Positions 31,577-43,442 of a stretch of DNA of 64,000 nt are shown one piece after another (position 1 is the first letter of the stretch; the number at the start of each line of letters is the position of its first letter). The translations under genes were made by a program, and so were the position numbers. The notes under the pieces were generated by a model. That model was not told the DNA's origin. It was given only the letters and a program-made list of their open reading frames with translations, and made no database searches. The stretch covers positions 124,001 to 188,000 of the forward strand of contig PPNB01000001.1 of NCBI GenBank assembly GCA_003707115.1, written 5' to 3'. This DNA comes from Tortispora ganteri (lineage: Eukaryota).

Positions 31577-34516
31577 ATGATGCCTAAATTTTATACTCGT
31601 TCCAGTAATAGTTCTGGCATATCGGTTGCCTCTGATATATACCATGACGACGCTGTTAATGCAACTATATCCGACACTTCTGATTCTAACATTAAGCCAT
31701 TATCTCGTACTAGCGGTCATTCGGATTCTGCGACTGATAGGTCTGTCTCGTCTGCAGCAATGCTTCAGCATGAACCTCAGTTTCTCATTCCCAACAGAAA
31801 CAGATCCAACTCGTCCATAGAGTCTAACTCTGCTTCATCTTCTCGTCGCCCAACCTACAACAGATCAAAATCTACTGAGGAAAGCATTCACACCTCATCA
31901 AAACTTCTCTCCTCTTCTAAAAACTCGAAATCTGCCAAATCACTCAAGTCCTTGCTCAAATGGAATCGCAGCGGTTTCGTAGAACGCAACACCGACACCA
32001 GTGAATCAGACCATCCTTCCTATTCGCAGATGCATTCAAACAGCACAGAAGCATCTATTTCCTCCTTGCAGAAAAGCACATTGTATGAAAATGGCACAGA
32101 TCACAATGATTTTACAGATATTACTCCATACAGAGATTCTCTCACTGAAGACTCTTTAAATGCTGCAGAAAACTCCCTCAGACACAAGTCTTATATATTC
32201 CGCTTAAAGCATCGCACAGCTTCGTTTCTACTGGGACAGAAAACGCCGAATTCTAGCTGCAGAAATTCTCGTGTTCAAGACTCTCCCTCTAGTAGTTCCA
32301 CACATTCGCGTGAATTAGAGGACCCGGCGGATGACCCTCTCTCCCTTGCTAGCCTTGGCCGCTCTTACTCATCGCATGACATGAAGCGTATACCAACAGA
32401 AACAAAATTGAACCAAAAGCAAGCTAGTAGGGCTAGAAGCTCTACAGTCTCTTCAGTTGAACATAGAAGCTTTAGGTCATCGTCTTCTCCCTCATCAAAG
32501 CTTCGTGATTCTTCACAATCTGGAAGAACCGCGACCGCCAAAAGCTCCGTCATCAGGTCAAGCTTCTCCTTTGACAAAGTAACGAGTCTAGCGAATCCAT
32601 TCCAGAGATTTTCTTCATCCCCGTTTACTCCTTCAAGTCCTCGAAGGACATTCACTCTGGAAACTCCTGATATTCCTTCTGTAGATCCGCCTTTACCTAA
32701 TGAGTCAGAAGTGGATTTTCTTATTCGACTACAGACTACCTATGGACAATCTATAGTACCAGCGGTACTATCGAGGTCCTCAGATACGTTCTATTTTCAC
32801 TGTTTGCACTTGAGCTTTGCAGCCATTGACCTCTATGACTATCCACTGGATATGGCCTTGAGGAAACTTTTGCTATGCTATCAACTTCCTAACGAAACGC
32901 AGCACATTGATCGATTTCTTTTGGCATTTTCTAATAGGTATCAAGAAGAGAACTCTAAGTTGTTTGAGAACCCAGATCAGGTCCACTTTATGTTATTCTC
33001 TCTTCTTATATTGCACACTGATTTCTTCAACGCAAACAACAAGAACAAGATGTCTAAGTCTGATTTTTTAAAAAATTCTGCTCAACCGTACATTTCGGAT
33101 GACCTTCTGAGATACTTTTACGACAACATCACATTTGCACCATTTATTCGACTTCCTATAGATAAAGAAATGCTCTGTGAACCACTGAGCACAGAACAGC
33201 TATGTGCTGCTATGGAAAAGCTGAAGTTACTTTATTCTGGGGTGCCGAAGATTTCTCGAGAACAAATACAACCGTACATGGCGATACTTTCCGGTGATTT
33301 TGAGTTATACCGACCTAAATTATTCGATCGAGCTGCGCTAAATGAGTGCCCCTATGCGAGTTTGCGAGAATATAATTTCTTGTTGGACGCTAACCAACTA
33401 GACAAGCTTTTTCATGAAGGATATTCACTGCAAGTGATCTCTCCACTTTCCCATGCCGATAAAAGTTGGAAGGATGATCAATATGCTACATCGTCGACTT
33501 TGCAGAGCGGAGTCTTTATAACCATATTGAAAATCGGCATCCTAAAACGGAGAGAAAATCGCCGCATTTCTTCCAATAAAAGCCACATGAAAGATGTTGG
33601 TGTTATTCTCACATCATCGAATCTCTACATTTACAAAGACACGAGCTGGGTTAAAGGACTTATGCAACAGATGGCAGAAGAGCCGAAAGTTAAGGAGACC
33701 ATTCCAGCGACATCAAGTGCGAATTTTACAACGTTACGCGTAGATACGGAAGTCGGTAAGAGGCCAGCTCCGCGAGTTCTTTATCCGCCTATCACTAGAA
33801 TGGGATCCGATGAGAGCACCGATCTGAATAACATGGCTGCATTGATTCCTAAATGTGACAAATTGTCGCACACATTTATTTTTACCGGGAAGAGTGGTGT
33901 GGATGGTGAATTTGAAGTTGCTCACAGTGATGAGTTGAAGCAATGGGTTACTTGCATTAACTATGCTGCTTTTTCAAGAACAATAGGAGCACACATGGAG
34001 ACATTACTGCAAAGAGAGAAAAGCGGAGGTAGACCTCGGAGCACTTCTTTGACAGTTAAAAAATCTCATGAAGATATGCGTGCAAATGAAATTGGAACGC
34101 ACATGGAAACACATATGATTAAAACAGATGCAGGAACATCATCGACGCTTGTCAATTTTGCTGTGGAGGCAAGGGATGTTAATCGAAACAAGAAGATTCT
34201 TGAGGTGAAAATGAAGGAATGTGAACTTCAACTTAAGGAGCAAGAGAAGCTGCGGAAGCATTATGAACGACAAGCCAATCAGTTGCAGACAGCTGCACCG
34301 CTTCAGGGACGGACCAGGTCGGCTCTTGTTGCTGCTAGTGCAAAACTAAAGGCATCGATTGACTGGGCTTGGCTCGACTATGCTAGAAACCGAGTTTATG
34401 TGGAGACCGGTGAGGCTATTAGGAAGTGCGAGATAGAGGAACCGGAAGCATTTGAGCGTGAATTAGATATTCTGACACCTTATAGTGGTAGTCGAATATT
34501 TGCCAGCCTTAACTAG
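31577..34516 (+). CDS. SYT1: Sec7-domain/PH ARF guanine-nucleotide exchange factor
   Basis: PLDMALRKLL..LPNETQHIDR and FSLLILHTDFFNANNKNKM, then a PH domain and a C-terminal coiled coil. Confidence 0.8.
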   Translation: MMPKFYTRSSNSSGISVASDIYHDDAVNATISDTSDSNIKPLSRTSGHSDSATDRSVSSAAMLQHEPQFLIPNRNRSNSSIESNSASSSRRPTYNRSKSTEESIHTSSKLLSSSKNSKSAKSLKSLLKWNRSGFVERNTDTSESDHPSYSQMHSNSTEASISSLQKSTLYENGTDHNDFTDITPYRDSLTEDSLNAAENSLRHKSYIFRLKHRTASFLLGQKTPNSSCRNSRVQDSPSSSSTHSRELEDPADDPLSLASLGRSYSSHDMKRIPTETKLNQKQASRARSSTVSSVEHRSFRSSSSPSSKLRDSSQSGRTATAKSSVIRSSFSFDKVTSLANPFQRFSSSPFTPSSPRRTFTLETPDIPSVDPPLPNESEVDFLIRLQTTYGQSIVPAVLSRSSDTFYFHCLHLSFAAIDLYDYPLDMALRKLLLCYQLPNETQHIDRFLLAFSNRYQEENSKLFENPDQVHFMLFSLLILHTDFFNANNKNKMSKSDFLKNSAQPYISDDLLRYFYDNITFAPFIRLPIDKEMLCEPLSTEQLCAAMEKLKLLYSGVPKISREQIQPYMAILSGDFELYRPKLFDRAALNECPYASLREYNFLLDANQLDKLFHEGYSLQVISPLSHADKSWKDDQYATSSTLQSGVFITILKIGILKRRENRRISSNKSHMKDVGVILTSSNLYIYKDTSWVKGLMQQMAEEPKVKETIPATSSANFTTLRVDTEVGKRPAPRVLYPPITRMGSDESTDLNNMAALIPKCDKLSHTFIFTGKSGVDGEFEVAHSDELKQWVTCINYAAFSRTIGAHMETLLQREKSGGRPRSTSLTVKKSHEDMRANEIGTHMETHMIKTDAGTSSTLVNFAVEARDVNRNKKILEVKMKECELQLKEQEKLRKHYERQANQLQTAAPLQGRTRSALVAASAKLKASIDWAWLDYARNRVYVETGEAIRKCEIEEPEAFERELDILTPYSGSRIFASLN

Positions 34517-34660
34517 ATTTTTGATAGAAATAACAACAAGCAAATAAATATCCATGGAAAAAGGTATGTGAATTTTTATGACTAAGTCAGTATAGTGTTT
34601 TTCAATTACATTTAAAAAGCAAATAAATCAGGCTGTTCAATAGCGGTAGATCAGTTCTCG

Positions 34661-34987
34661 TCACATTGGTTCTCGATGGCTCTGCTGGAAGTGGCGATCA
34701 GTGACATTAGATCCGAGACTGATAACTCTTGGACAACCATCTCGGTCCTTTTCTTGCATGACACATTCGTAGCAATAATATGCATCTGAAGAGCCTGTAC
34801 CTCCACAGAGGATGCATATATCTTTAGCGCGACCAAAAGAACACTCGTCGCAAATTCTAGCCTTAGAAGTTGGATTTACAAAAGCGTCGCAGCTTGGGCA
34901 TCTGCTATCGCATTTTTCACACAGTTTTCCAACTGAAATACCCGGTTGCTTCATGCACACAATGGCATCAGGGCGATGTCGAGACAT
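34661..34987 (-). CDS. RDS3: SF3b subunit Rds3/PHF5A/Ini1
   Basis: MSRH.PD, LCEKCD, DAYYCYEC and EKDRDGCP; Cys-rich, 108 aa. Confidence 0.93.
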   Translation of the reverse strand: MSRHRPDAIVCMKQPGISVGKLCEKCDSRCPSCDAFVNPTSKARICDECSFGRAKDICILCGGTGSSDAYYCYECVMQEKDRDGCPRVISLGSNVTDRHFQQSHREPM

Positions 34988-36909
34988 CTGTTGCTTGTTA
35001 GAGCTAGTCTAATGAAGGAAAGTGGAAGGAAAGGTGCAGGGTAAGAGGTGTTCAGCTCTCCTCCTCCCCATTACTACTCTAGTTGTGAATGTCAGCATCA
35101 CAGTCCCCGCCATAAAAGTAACAGAGACATTTACAGTCTAAAGACCAAATTTCTGCAGATTAAAAACGTTATTTTAGGATCGAAGTAATACATAAAACTA
35201 CTACCTTGAATCATGAAGCAGGGTACTTGGGTAATCTACCAGGTCTCAAATTTGCTTCGGCTAGTAATCACCGCTGTATCGTCTTCTGCTTTTCAAACTC
35301 AAATGAAAATCCTATTCGATATGCAAAGCGCATAATAGGTATATCTATATCTACTATGTCGCTTATTTAGTTAACAGCTCTTGGCAGCGTTAGATCTAAA
35401 ACTAATCTACCAGTGACATTTTACTTTCACTGCAACGTATCGTGCTCTGACATCAACTTAAAGTTTATAATAGCTTGTCGGTTGCATACTACTAACCTAT
35501 TTAGGACTGCACATAGAAAATATTTGATTATTTAGGCTAGTTAAGCGCGATCCGAATTTTATTTTCATCGGTCGCATATATCAGACTTCAAGTACCTGAT
35601 TATAGAGCGAAAAAAGGTTTTTTTCCTTTTGTTAATTAAACCGCAACTATAGAAAAGAAGAGCTAACATTGCTAACATCCTACGTCATTTAGTAAATAAA
35701 ACGCAAGACTGTTATTAATTGCTCCACTGGATGCTGACTCTGCGATGATAAAAACAACAGCGACAAACATTGATGTACTTCGAAATTTCATTAGCTCACT
35801 ATGATATGATAATTGGGCTTGGACATTTCACTTTGTAATATTTAGCTGTAGAGTGGTTTTAACTTTTATAGCTGCATCCTGCAATGACATCAGAGATGGC
35901 TGTGAAAAAGGTACCTTAAAGACTTAGCTGAAGCTAATGGCAGTAGAGTTAAAATTCTGATTTAAAATGCGCCTATTAGAAAGACGCGGAATACATTGAA
36001 ATAACCAGACGACAAGCCAAGGATTGCCAAGGCTTGGAATTTTGAACGTGAAGTTCAAATTGTCTATTTTTCTATGACATAACTTTAATTCTTCTAAAAA
36101 TGTAACATTACGTGAAACTTTATTAATTTTTTTTTGTCGCAAGCCACAAAGCCGCGGGTTTCTTCCTACATTGCGCGTAGTTTGCGTATACTATGTAAAA
36201 AACTAATTAACAAGTGAAAATCAAAATATCATACTTGCAGAGTATTAGATAGATATTTTCAGCTTATGCTTCATATATTTTCTTTACGAGTAGATTACGT
36301 GGACGAGAGACTCATAGAAAAGAAAAGGCTTGGCCTTTTGCTAATTTAGTTTCATAAAACGTTTAAATCGAATGAGAATATATTTACGTTTCAAGCCTAT
36401 TATCCTGAAGAAGTAAAAAAGTCCACGTTTACGGTTGCTTATACTCGGAATCCATCAGTGTTAGCAGTAATTAAAGAGCAAATCTCACTAAAAATTTACC
36501 ATTGCACACTAGCAGACAGGAACAAGGTTTAACTTTAATATATCATTGTATCCGCTTTAAAACTTAGTTTTCAGCGAACGACGCTATCCTGCACCATAAT
36601 CAATGTCTCCTGTATACTGCAATTAAATATAAATATATATAGTTGAGGTATTTAATTAATTCTCATAACTTGATTGTAGTATACTGTATAAATACCGAGC
36701 TGTAAAAGATCGTTCTAGGAACCCATTTAGTTTCTACTTATTCTTAACACTTGCCAGTATAAACTTGGATAAGAAATCTATACGTCTTTTACAGATAGCT
36801 CCATTTGTATAAACACTTACATCAAGTTCACCAAAGTCAACAAGGCTGTATTCATACTAAACTTATATCATCTACAGTATCTTATGCAATAGAGTTTAGT
36901 GCCACATAT

Positions 36910-37905
36910 ATGAACGAGAACAGTATGACAAAGGAAAGGATACGACAACAAGTGACAACTGATCCTCACAGTGGTAGCGATCAGGAGCATACAGCAAGAC
37001 CATACAGAAGCCGCAAACAGCGCCCATGCGATTACTGCCGAGCACGGAAACACCACTGCAAAATACTCATCGCTCCTCCGTGTGAGCTTTGCAAAGCGTG
37101 CAAGCGTCCATGCACATTCGTCGAAGGAAGCACAAAACGTATCAGGCACCCAGAAGGAAAAAACAGAGAGCGAGCGAAAAAAGGGCCAAAGCCACGTCAG
37201 ATATCGCCTAACACTAGCCCATCTTCATCAATGAACCAGTCAAACAGTGAAGACAGCGTGAGGTCAAAATTGCGGGCTGACGTTCGGCAGGCTGCTCTGC
37301 TGCAGTCAAGTGCGCTGTCCACGAACCACAACTTCACTGAAAACCAGCACTACAATTACACTAGCCAGTTCCTTCCACAGTCTACTAGTCCGTACGAGCC
37401 GACGCCATACGTTATGAACGACCTGCAGTACATTTTCTCGGATACGCAGCTCGAAGAATACGAAGACGGTCTAGAACGACAGCACCCGGAGGACTCAGAC
37501 TATTCGCAGATAACGAACTATATGAGTGAAGTAGAACCCTGGAGCAGTCACAACTCGCAGTTTTCTTATAACTATCTGCACGATAGATCTACGCAGTCTC
37601 TGCCCGAGACTTACCAGTCGACTCAATTCGACTACTCCCCTATGCATTCCTTTTCGGGCCATCGCTATTCTACTGGCAACACTAGTCCATATGGTTCATG
37701 TAGCCACTCTATGTCTCATGCAGTAGACACAACCAGTTTCAGATCAGATATTCAGCATCAGTTACCGCATGAATCCCACAATGAGCCAGCATTTCAACAG
37801 CGCGATCCGCATGAACAAAATAATAATCCTCAGCCTCTATTCAGTCCGATATGGCCAGATGGCTACCGAGCATTTTCCCAAAACGACTCTACCGATAATA
37901 TTTAG
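36910..37905 (+). CDS. Zn(II)2Cys6 transcription factor (short, low-complexity C-terminus)
   Basis: RPYRSRKQRPCDYCRARKHHC...CELCKACKRPCTF. First ATG at 36910. Confidence 0.8.
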   Translation: MNENSMTKERIRQQVTTDPHSGSDQEHTARPYRSRKQRPCDYCRARKHHCKILIAPPCELCKACKRPCTFVEGSTKRIRHPEGKNRERAKKGPKPRQISPNTSPSSSMNQSNSEDSVRSKLRADVRQAALLQSSALSTNHNFTENQHYNYTSQFLPQSTSPYEPTPYVMNDLQYIFSDTQLEEYEDGLERQHPEDSDYSQITNYMSEVEPWSSHNSQFSYNYLHDRSTQSLPETYQSTQFDYSPMHSFSGHRYSTGNTSPYGSCSHSMSHAVDTTSFRSDIQHQLPHESHNEPAFQQRDPHEQNNNPQPLFSPIWPDGYRAFSQNDSTDNI

Positions 37906-38052
37906 CATTTTTTCTCTAATATTTTGTGACTCCTAATTATTGGAGACATACTAGGCATACTTTTTAATAATAATCATTCAGATATGTGTATCACTTTTTT
38001 AGTTCTTCGTATCGTACCCCAACCCTGCCCACTTGACTTGCCATCTGTCGCA

Positions 38053-39154
38053 ATGTCTACGCAATCCGGCATCAGCGGTAAGTGCAGTTCCACTATGAGC
38101 GTTAACTAGCTTAAGAACTAACAGGAAAATAGCTTCCGAAGAACTGCTTTCTAAGTTTAAGGATTTTGTCGCCAGTAAGTCTCGTGCTGTTGTAGCGAGA
38201 ATCCATAACGGTAAGTTTTCACCTATATCCTTCTTTCTTGAGCAATCAACGTCTTGTTCCTCCAGCAACTAACAACCAGAATCCGTTATACCGCTGACAG
38301 ACATTAATGCGAAGGAGACACCAGAGTCAGACTTTGCACAGCTCGCAGATATTGTCCAAGACTCTTGTTCATATGTTTTCTACAGGGAACACGATGGACC
38401 CGACGGCCTCGTCTTCATATCGTATGTCCCAGATCACGCCCCTGTCCGCCAGAAGATGCTCTACGCGTCAAGTCAGAATTCGCTCATGAGACAGCTTGGC
38501 TCAGATCGCTTTGGCAGACACTTGTTCGTCACTGAGCTTGCCGAATTCTCTACAGAGGGCTACCTTTCCAGCAAGAAACATGAAGCCCTAGCGGCCCCTC
38601 TGACTCGAGAAGAAGAAAGTCTGCTCTATGTAAAAGAAAAAGAGGCGGATTCCCTCAGAGGCACCAATCAGCGAAAATCACATATTGGCTCTGCAGGCGT
38701 CCAGTTTCCTGTGACTGAGGATACGTTGGAGACTCTTAGATCTTTATCTCCCGCAGATCTCGTGCAGCTGGAAATCGATTTCGAACAAGAAGAGATCAAG
38801 CTAGCCAACAAGACCAATACATCGGTAAATGAGCTCGGAACAACTCTTGAATCAGAAAATCCAAGATTTTCTTTTTACATGACCCCAGAGAACAAACTGG
38901 TATTCATATACACCTGTCCTGGCACCTCGAAGATCAAACATCGAATGGTGTACGCATCTACAAAGAGCGGTGTGATTTCTCAAGCCAAGTCAGCAGGCAT
39001 AGATATTTTTGATACGTTCGAAACCTCCGAACCAGAGCTTGTTGCCGAGCAACTGATGTTCATCATAAATCCTCCTCCAGTCCCTTCAGCAACGAAGTTC
39101 GCCAGACCTCAACGACAAAGACCAGTCAGACCAGCCAGACCATCTGAAACATAG
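38053..39154 (+). CDS. TWF1: Twinfilin; exons 38053-38077, 38133-38210, 38280-39154
   Basis: Spliced product MSTQSGISASEELL...SYVPDHAPVRQKMLYASS, with a second ADF-H domain containing RMVYAS. Both introns read GTAAGT..ACTAAC..AG. Confidence 0.9.
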
Positions 39155-39980
39155 ATAATCTCATAATTTCCTTTGCAAAATCTATATTCCAGCTATAAAA
39201 TATTGCGTTTTAGGCCTGCTGCACGCTTTTGATAACCAGCATCAAACAGTTCGTGCCTGCCCTAGGCCGGCTGGTTCCGATCTCGCGCATCTGCCAAGGC
39301 TTCCCATGCGAATTAGTTATATTGTCCACTTTGTCAGATACTACCGAATCCCAACTCAGACTCGCATTTCACTTATTTAAGCTTGTTTATATATACTAAG
39401 TTCGTTCAGATAACCACTCCAGTACCGTTGATACGCTGTATCGAGACACACCTCAGCGATCCATGTCTGCGCAGGTCATTTTAGCAGTTCCGTACAGTCG
39501 CCGGAATGCCAAATAAGGAAGGGTTCTTGTGACACATCTAGTCTCTGATTGGCGTAAAAACCTGGGGAGAACCGAAAGAGGACGTTGTTATAGAAACCTA
39601 TGAGTTCCTCTGCCCCGGATTTTCTAATTAAGTTTCGAATGCTCCGCGAGATTGGACCGAGGCCCGGTTTCCAAATACTTCTCTTTTCTTTCACTAACAC
39701 TCCGTACTTTACGTGTACTTCCTGTATTTCTCTTCGACTCCGATTAGTTTAATATTCCTGCTTCTCGGCCTGAATATTTGATTTTTGCTACATACTTACG
39801 CACTATTAACACTTGTTTAGACGAACTTATTGTGCCCCTTTTGCCGAGATTGTATAAAGTCAACTGCACACAACTTCTCTGCTTTCGACAACGTATTTCC
39901 TGAACCTATTTGTCATCTATCCTTCTGCACTTTCTCAGCAAGCATCTTAGTTCTCACGGAAAAAGAAAAAAAGTTACACT

Positions 39981-40946
39981 ATGTCCAGCGACAAGAAAGG
40001 TAAACCAACCACTGCTGTACACCTCATTGCCGGAGGCTGCGCGGGTATGCTCGAGGCACTATGCTGCCATCCCCTGGATACTATAAAAGTGCGCATGCAA
40101 CTCTCAAGCAGGAAAGGAGGTTCTGGAGCTAAAAAACCTGGCTTTTTCTCTACAGCTAGCTCTATTGTAAAGAACGAGACACCCCTCGGTTTGTACAAAG
40201 GTCTTGGAGCAGTCATCGCTGGTATTGTTCCAAAAATGGCTATTCGTTTCTCTTCGTTCGAATTTTACAAGACCCTTGTAGCTAACAAGGAAACTGGCAA
40301 GGTGTCTGCAGGTGGAACTTTTATTGCTGGTCTCGGGGCCGGTGTTACCGAAGCTATTCTTATTGTCAACCCCACGGATGTCATTAAAATTCGCTTACAA
40401 GCCCAGAGTCACTCGATGAGCGATCCTTTAGACCAGCCTAAGTATCGCAATGCTGCTCATTGTGCTTATACCGTTATCCGCGAAGAAGGTATCTCCGCTT
40501 TATACCGTGGTGTCATCCTCACTGCTCTGCGCCAGGCCACCAACCAGGCAGTCAACTTCACCGTTTACGGCGAACTAAAAACCTGGGCCAAAAAGGTACA
40601 GCCTCAATTTAGTGAGACTGAACTACCATCATACCAGCATATGGCTTTCGGTTTAATCTCGGGTGCTATGGGTCCTTTGTCTAATGCTCCAATCGATACT
40701 ATTAAAACTCGTATGCAACGGGAAACTGGTCGTTCTACCGAATCTGGATTCGTTCGATTCAATCGCATTGCCAAAACTTTGGTCCAAAATGAAGGTTTCT
40801 TTGCTCTCTATAAGGGAATAACTCCTCGTGTTATGCGCGTTGCACCTGGCCAAGCAGTTACTTTCGCAGCTTACGAATACTTCCGTGGCCTTCTCGAAGG
40901 TCTTCCTATGCTTTCACAAAGCGGTAAACTTGATTATGAGGAGTAA
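39981..40946 (+). CDS. SFC1: Mitochondrial succinate-fumarate carrier
   Basis: Three mitochondrial carrier repeats, with EALCCHPLDTIKVRMQ, PKYRNAAH, RQATNQA and PRVMRVAPGQA. Confidence 0.9.
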   Translation: MSSDKKGKPTTAVHLIAGGCAGMLEALCCHPLDTIKVRMQLSSRKGGSGAKKPGFFSTASSIVKNETPLGLYKGLGAVIAGIVPKMAIRFSSFEFYKTLVANKETGKVSAGGTFIAGLGAGVTEAILIVNPTDVIKIRLQAQSHSMSDPLDQPKYRNAAHCAYTVIREEGISALYRGVILTALRQATNQAVNFTVYGELKTWAKKVQPQFSETELPSYQHMAFGLISGAMGPLSNAPIDTIKTRMQRETGRSTESGFVRFNRIAKTLVQNEGFFALYKGITPRVMRVAPGQAVTFAAYEYFRGLLEGLPMLSQSGKLDYEE

Positions 40947-41153
40947 TAATGCTTTTACTTTTCTCTAAAACCCCGAAAAAGAAAATATCCTTTTTGAAAG
41001 TATAAGAATAAAATCAAACTGCCTCAAAACCACTGGTCATATTTGACCCTGTATAAGAGCAGCCACTTGTATTGCTTGTATTTACTATTTATCGTTCTAC
41101 AACTCTTACTACAATGCGTGTTCTCATTAATCCTTAAATGCTATTGTATGTCA

Positions 41154-42653
41154 TTAAATGTATTTCTGCAAAAGTTCGTCTGCATACTCTTTCCAGTTTG
41201 TTTCTTCAGTCTCAGCACATTCAGAGATATACGCATATACCATCCTAGAAACCGTCTTATTGATTGCAGTGTATTCCCAACTTCGCAGGCGTCTTTGACG
41301 ATGAAGATGTCGTAACTTATCTCGAACAAAGCTCTGCACTTCTTGCTTTTGTTCAAATGATAGACGAGGTGGTGTCATTTGGCTGCTGCTAGAAGCAGAA
41401 GAAGAAGAGTCACCTATCACAACAGTTCTATTATATCGCCTATTCGACAATGACGTCGATGGACTCCTAATTTCTGCCAACATCTGGTTCACTCGTCGAG
41501 TGCCTCTGGTCGGTGTAGATTCTTGAGAAGTATAATTAAGAGGCGCAGAAGAGTTATTAACTCTCGAACTTTCAGGAGTAGTGTTTGACAATGAATCAAT
41601 TCCAGCAGACTCACCAGAATTATGTAATGATCGACGTGGCAGCCGACGTCTCGTGCGGGTAGTAATAGGTGAAGTATTAGAGTTGCTAGTAGAACCAGCG
41701 ACTGTAGTAGGGCTAGATGAAGCATGGGTAGAATCAGAGCCCAAAATGCGCGCTTGCTCAAACATACCCCATGCCTGTTGCTCTTCAGCAGATATTTGTG
41801 AAGTAACTGCCGGCGGAGGTGTTGTTTCGCTTCGGAGCAAGGATGGCGGAGTAGTCAGTGCTGACGTTCGCGTTCTACCATTAGTGGTCCTACTACGCAG
41901 CATATATGGGCTGCGTATAGTTGCTGATGAAGACGAGTGTCGATGTGAAATAACTTCTAGAGCAGCCAGAGCAGCTCTTCGAGGTCCTAAATGACGGCGG
42001 TAACGAAGACCGGCAGATTCTCGTAGAGCAAAAGGAGTGGCATTGTAATCATGGGTATCACGAGTTCTTCGATTTGTGCTTTGCCACTGGGATATGATAT
42101 ACATACAGTCTGGACAATACCAGTCACCTTGAGGGATACTGTCGAATCCCAAACAAGAGGAATGATAGGTAGCCTCACATTCATCACAAATCAGCAGCTC
42201 GGAGTCGTTAGCATTACTATCGCAGACTCGACAAGGAAGCCACGATATGGCAGCAAGTTCATCGTCTGCGGATGCTACGGTATTGTCCACTGAAGCGTAA
42301 TCGTCAGATGGAGCGGACCTGTGCTGAACCAATACACACTTAATTTCATCAGAGTCAGGTCGATCTCGGATTGAGATAGATCGAAACTCTTGACGACATA
42401 AAGGACAGGTGGAGGACCGGTTCGACCAGCACATAATACACTGAAAATGAAAATAATGGTTACATGAAAGTACACCTACTTTTGTAGCGAGTTTTAGGTG
42501 TTCCGCATGCGTTTTGCTTCGAGTTCTTAGCGGCGTCGTTGAGTTGGCGGACGTTATAACAGGCAATGCTGCTTTGTCGATAGTCAGTTCTAAGTGCTCC
42601 TCAGGAGAGACTAAAGACAAGTAGCATATGTTACAAGATTCTTCCTCCGACAT
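41154..42653 (-). CDS. ASR1: RING-PHD finger protein (Asr1/PHRF1-like E3 ligase)
   Basis: Split RING (CNIC...CNHYFHFQC..W...CPLCR), PHD (CRVC...CDEC...H..C...WYCPDC), and a C-terminal helical domain. Confidence 0.65.
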   Translation of the reverse strand: MSEEESCNICYLSLVSPEEHLELTIDKAALPVITSANSTTPLRTRSKTHAEHLKLATKVGVLSCNHYFHFQCIMCWSNRSSTCPLCRQEFRSISIRDRPDSDEIKCVLVQHRSAPSDDYASVDNTVASADDELAAISWLPCRVCDSNANDSELLICDECEATYHSSCLGFDSIPQGDWYCPDCMYIISQWQSTNRRTRDTHDYNATPFALRESAGLRYRRHLGPRRAALAALEVISHRHSSSSATIRSPYMLRSRTTNGRTRTSALTTPPSLLRSETTPPPAVTSQISAEEQQAWGMFEQARILGSDSTHASSSPTTVAGSTSNSNTSPITTRTRRRLPRRSLHNSGESAGIDSLSNTTPESSRVNNSSAPLNYTSQESTPTRGTRRVNQMLAEIRSPSTSLSNRRYNRTVVIGDSSSSASSSSQMTPPRLSFEQKQEVQSFVRDKLRHLHRQRRLRSWEYTAINKTVSRMVYAYISECAETEETNWKEYADELLQKYI

Positions 42654-42977
42654 CTCCTAATAAAGTTGAATTAAAAGCAATAATTCAATGCAGTCAAAGA
42701 CAGAGTATGAAGTAGGGCAAAAATGCGGTATCGATAATAGCTGGGACAATAAACAGAATCAATATAGCAGAAAAGGGAGTGGCATCTAGGGTCAAGGGTT
42801 ATTTTGATGCAACCTGAAAACTACGAACGTGAGAGTTAAAAGAAAAAGTGCAAGGGTTTATGAGAGCAGGTATAATAATACCAGCAGAGGAGCTAAAAAA
42901 AGAGTATTCTACAACGAGAGAAAAAAAAGATCATCGATTGTCGTGGAAATAAAACTATACCTTTTGAATAAAAGGGA

Positions 42978-43327
42978 TTATGCTTCAACAAGTTCACGGA
43001 GACGACGGATGGTAGAGCGAGCAGTAGAAGCGGAAGGAGTAGAGACAGCGTAGGCACCTCCGGCAAGAGTCTTCCTGCAGTGCTTGCAGTTCCAGATACC
43101 GACAGCAGTTCTCTTTACACTGTTCTTTCCGCAGAAAGTGCAAAGATATCTGGCGTGTTGTTGAGTTTCGACTTTCTTAGCAGAACGACGGAGCGATGAA
43201 CCATATCGGACACCGTATTTACCTGTGATTCCAACTTTTTTAGTTCTTTTTGACCTAATTAAATGTTAGGATTACCGACTGGAATAACTATTTCAGCGCA
43301 CATGAGTGCATTAACAAATACTTACAT
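42978..43327 (-). CDS. RPL43: 60S ribosomal protein eL43; exons 43326-43327 (AT) and 42978-43254
   Basis: Spliced product [24 protein letters not shown]...CTFCGK...GIWNCKHC...RRLRELVEA (92 aa). The intron GTAAGT..CCTAAC..TAG splits the ATG. Not in the ORF track. Confidence 0.95.
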
Positions 43328-43403
43328 GTTTGATTTTGTGTAGAAGTAAGGAGTTCAAGAGTGTTCGATCCCAACGTTGTTAGTGCGTGAGACAAAGCCG
43401 CCC

Positions 43404-43442
43404 AACCCTAAAAACACGTTGTGACTGCGTTAGTTAGGGCTA
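43404..43442. promoter_or_regulatory. Ribosomal-protein promoter: inverted Tbf1-type TTAGGG pair flanking a Homol-D box
   Basis: AACCCTAA at 43404, TGTGACTG (CAGTCACA on minus) at 43420, and TTAGGGCTA at 43434. Confidence 0.65.

Noticed and set aside
42829..43053. 74-aa plus-strand ORF
   Set aside because: It overlaps the real RPL43 on the opposite strand and has a GTG start with no recognisable motifs.
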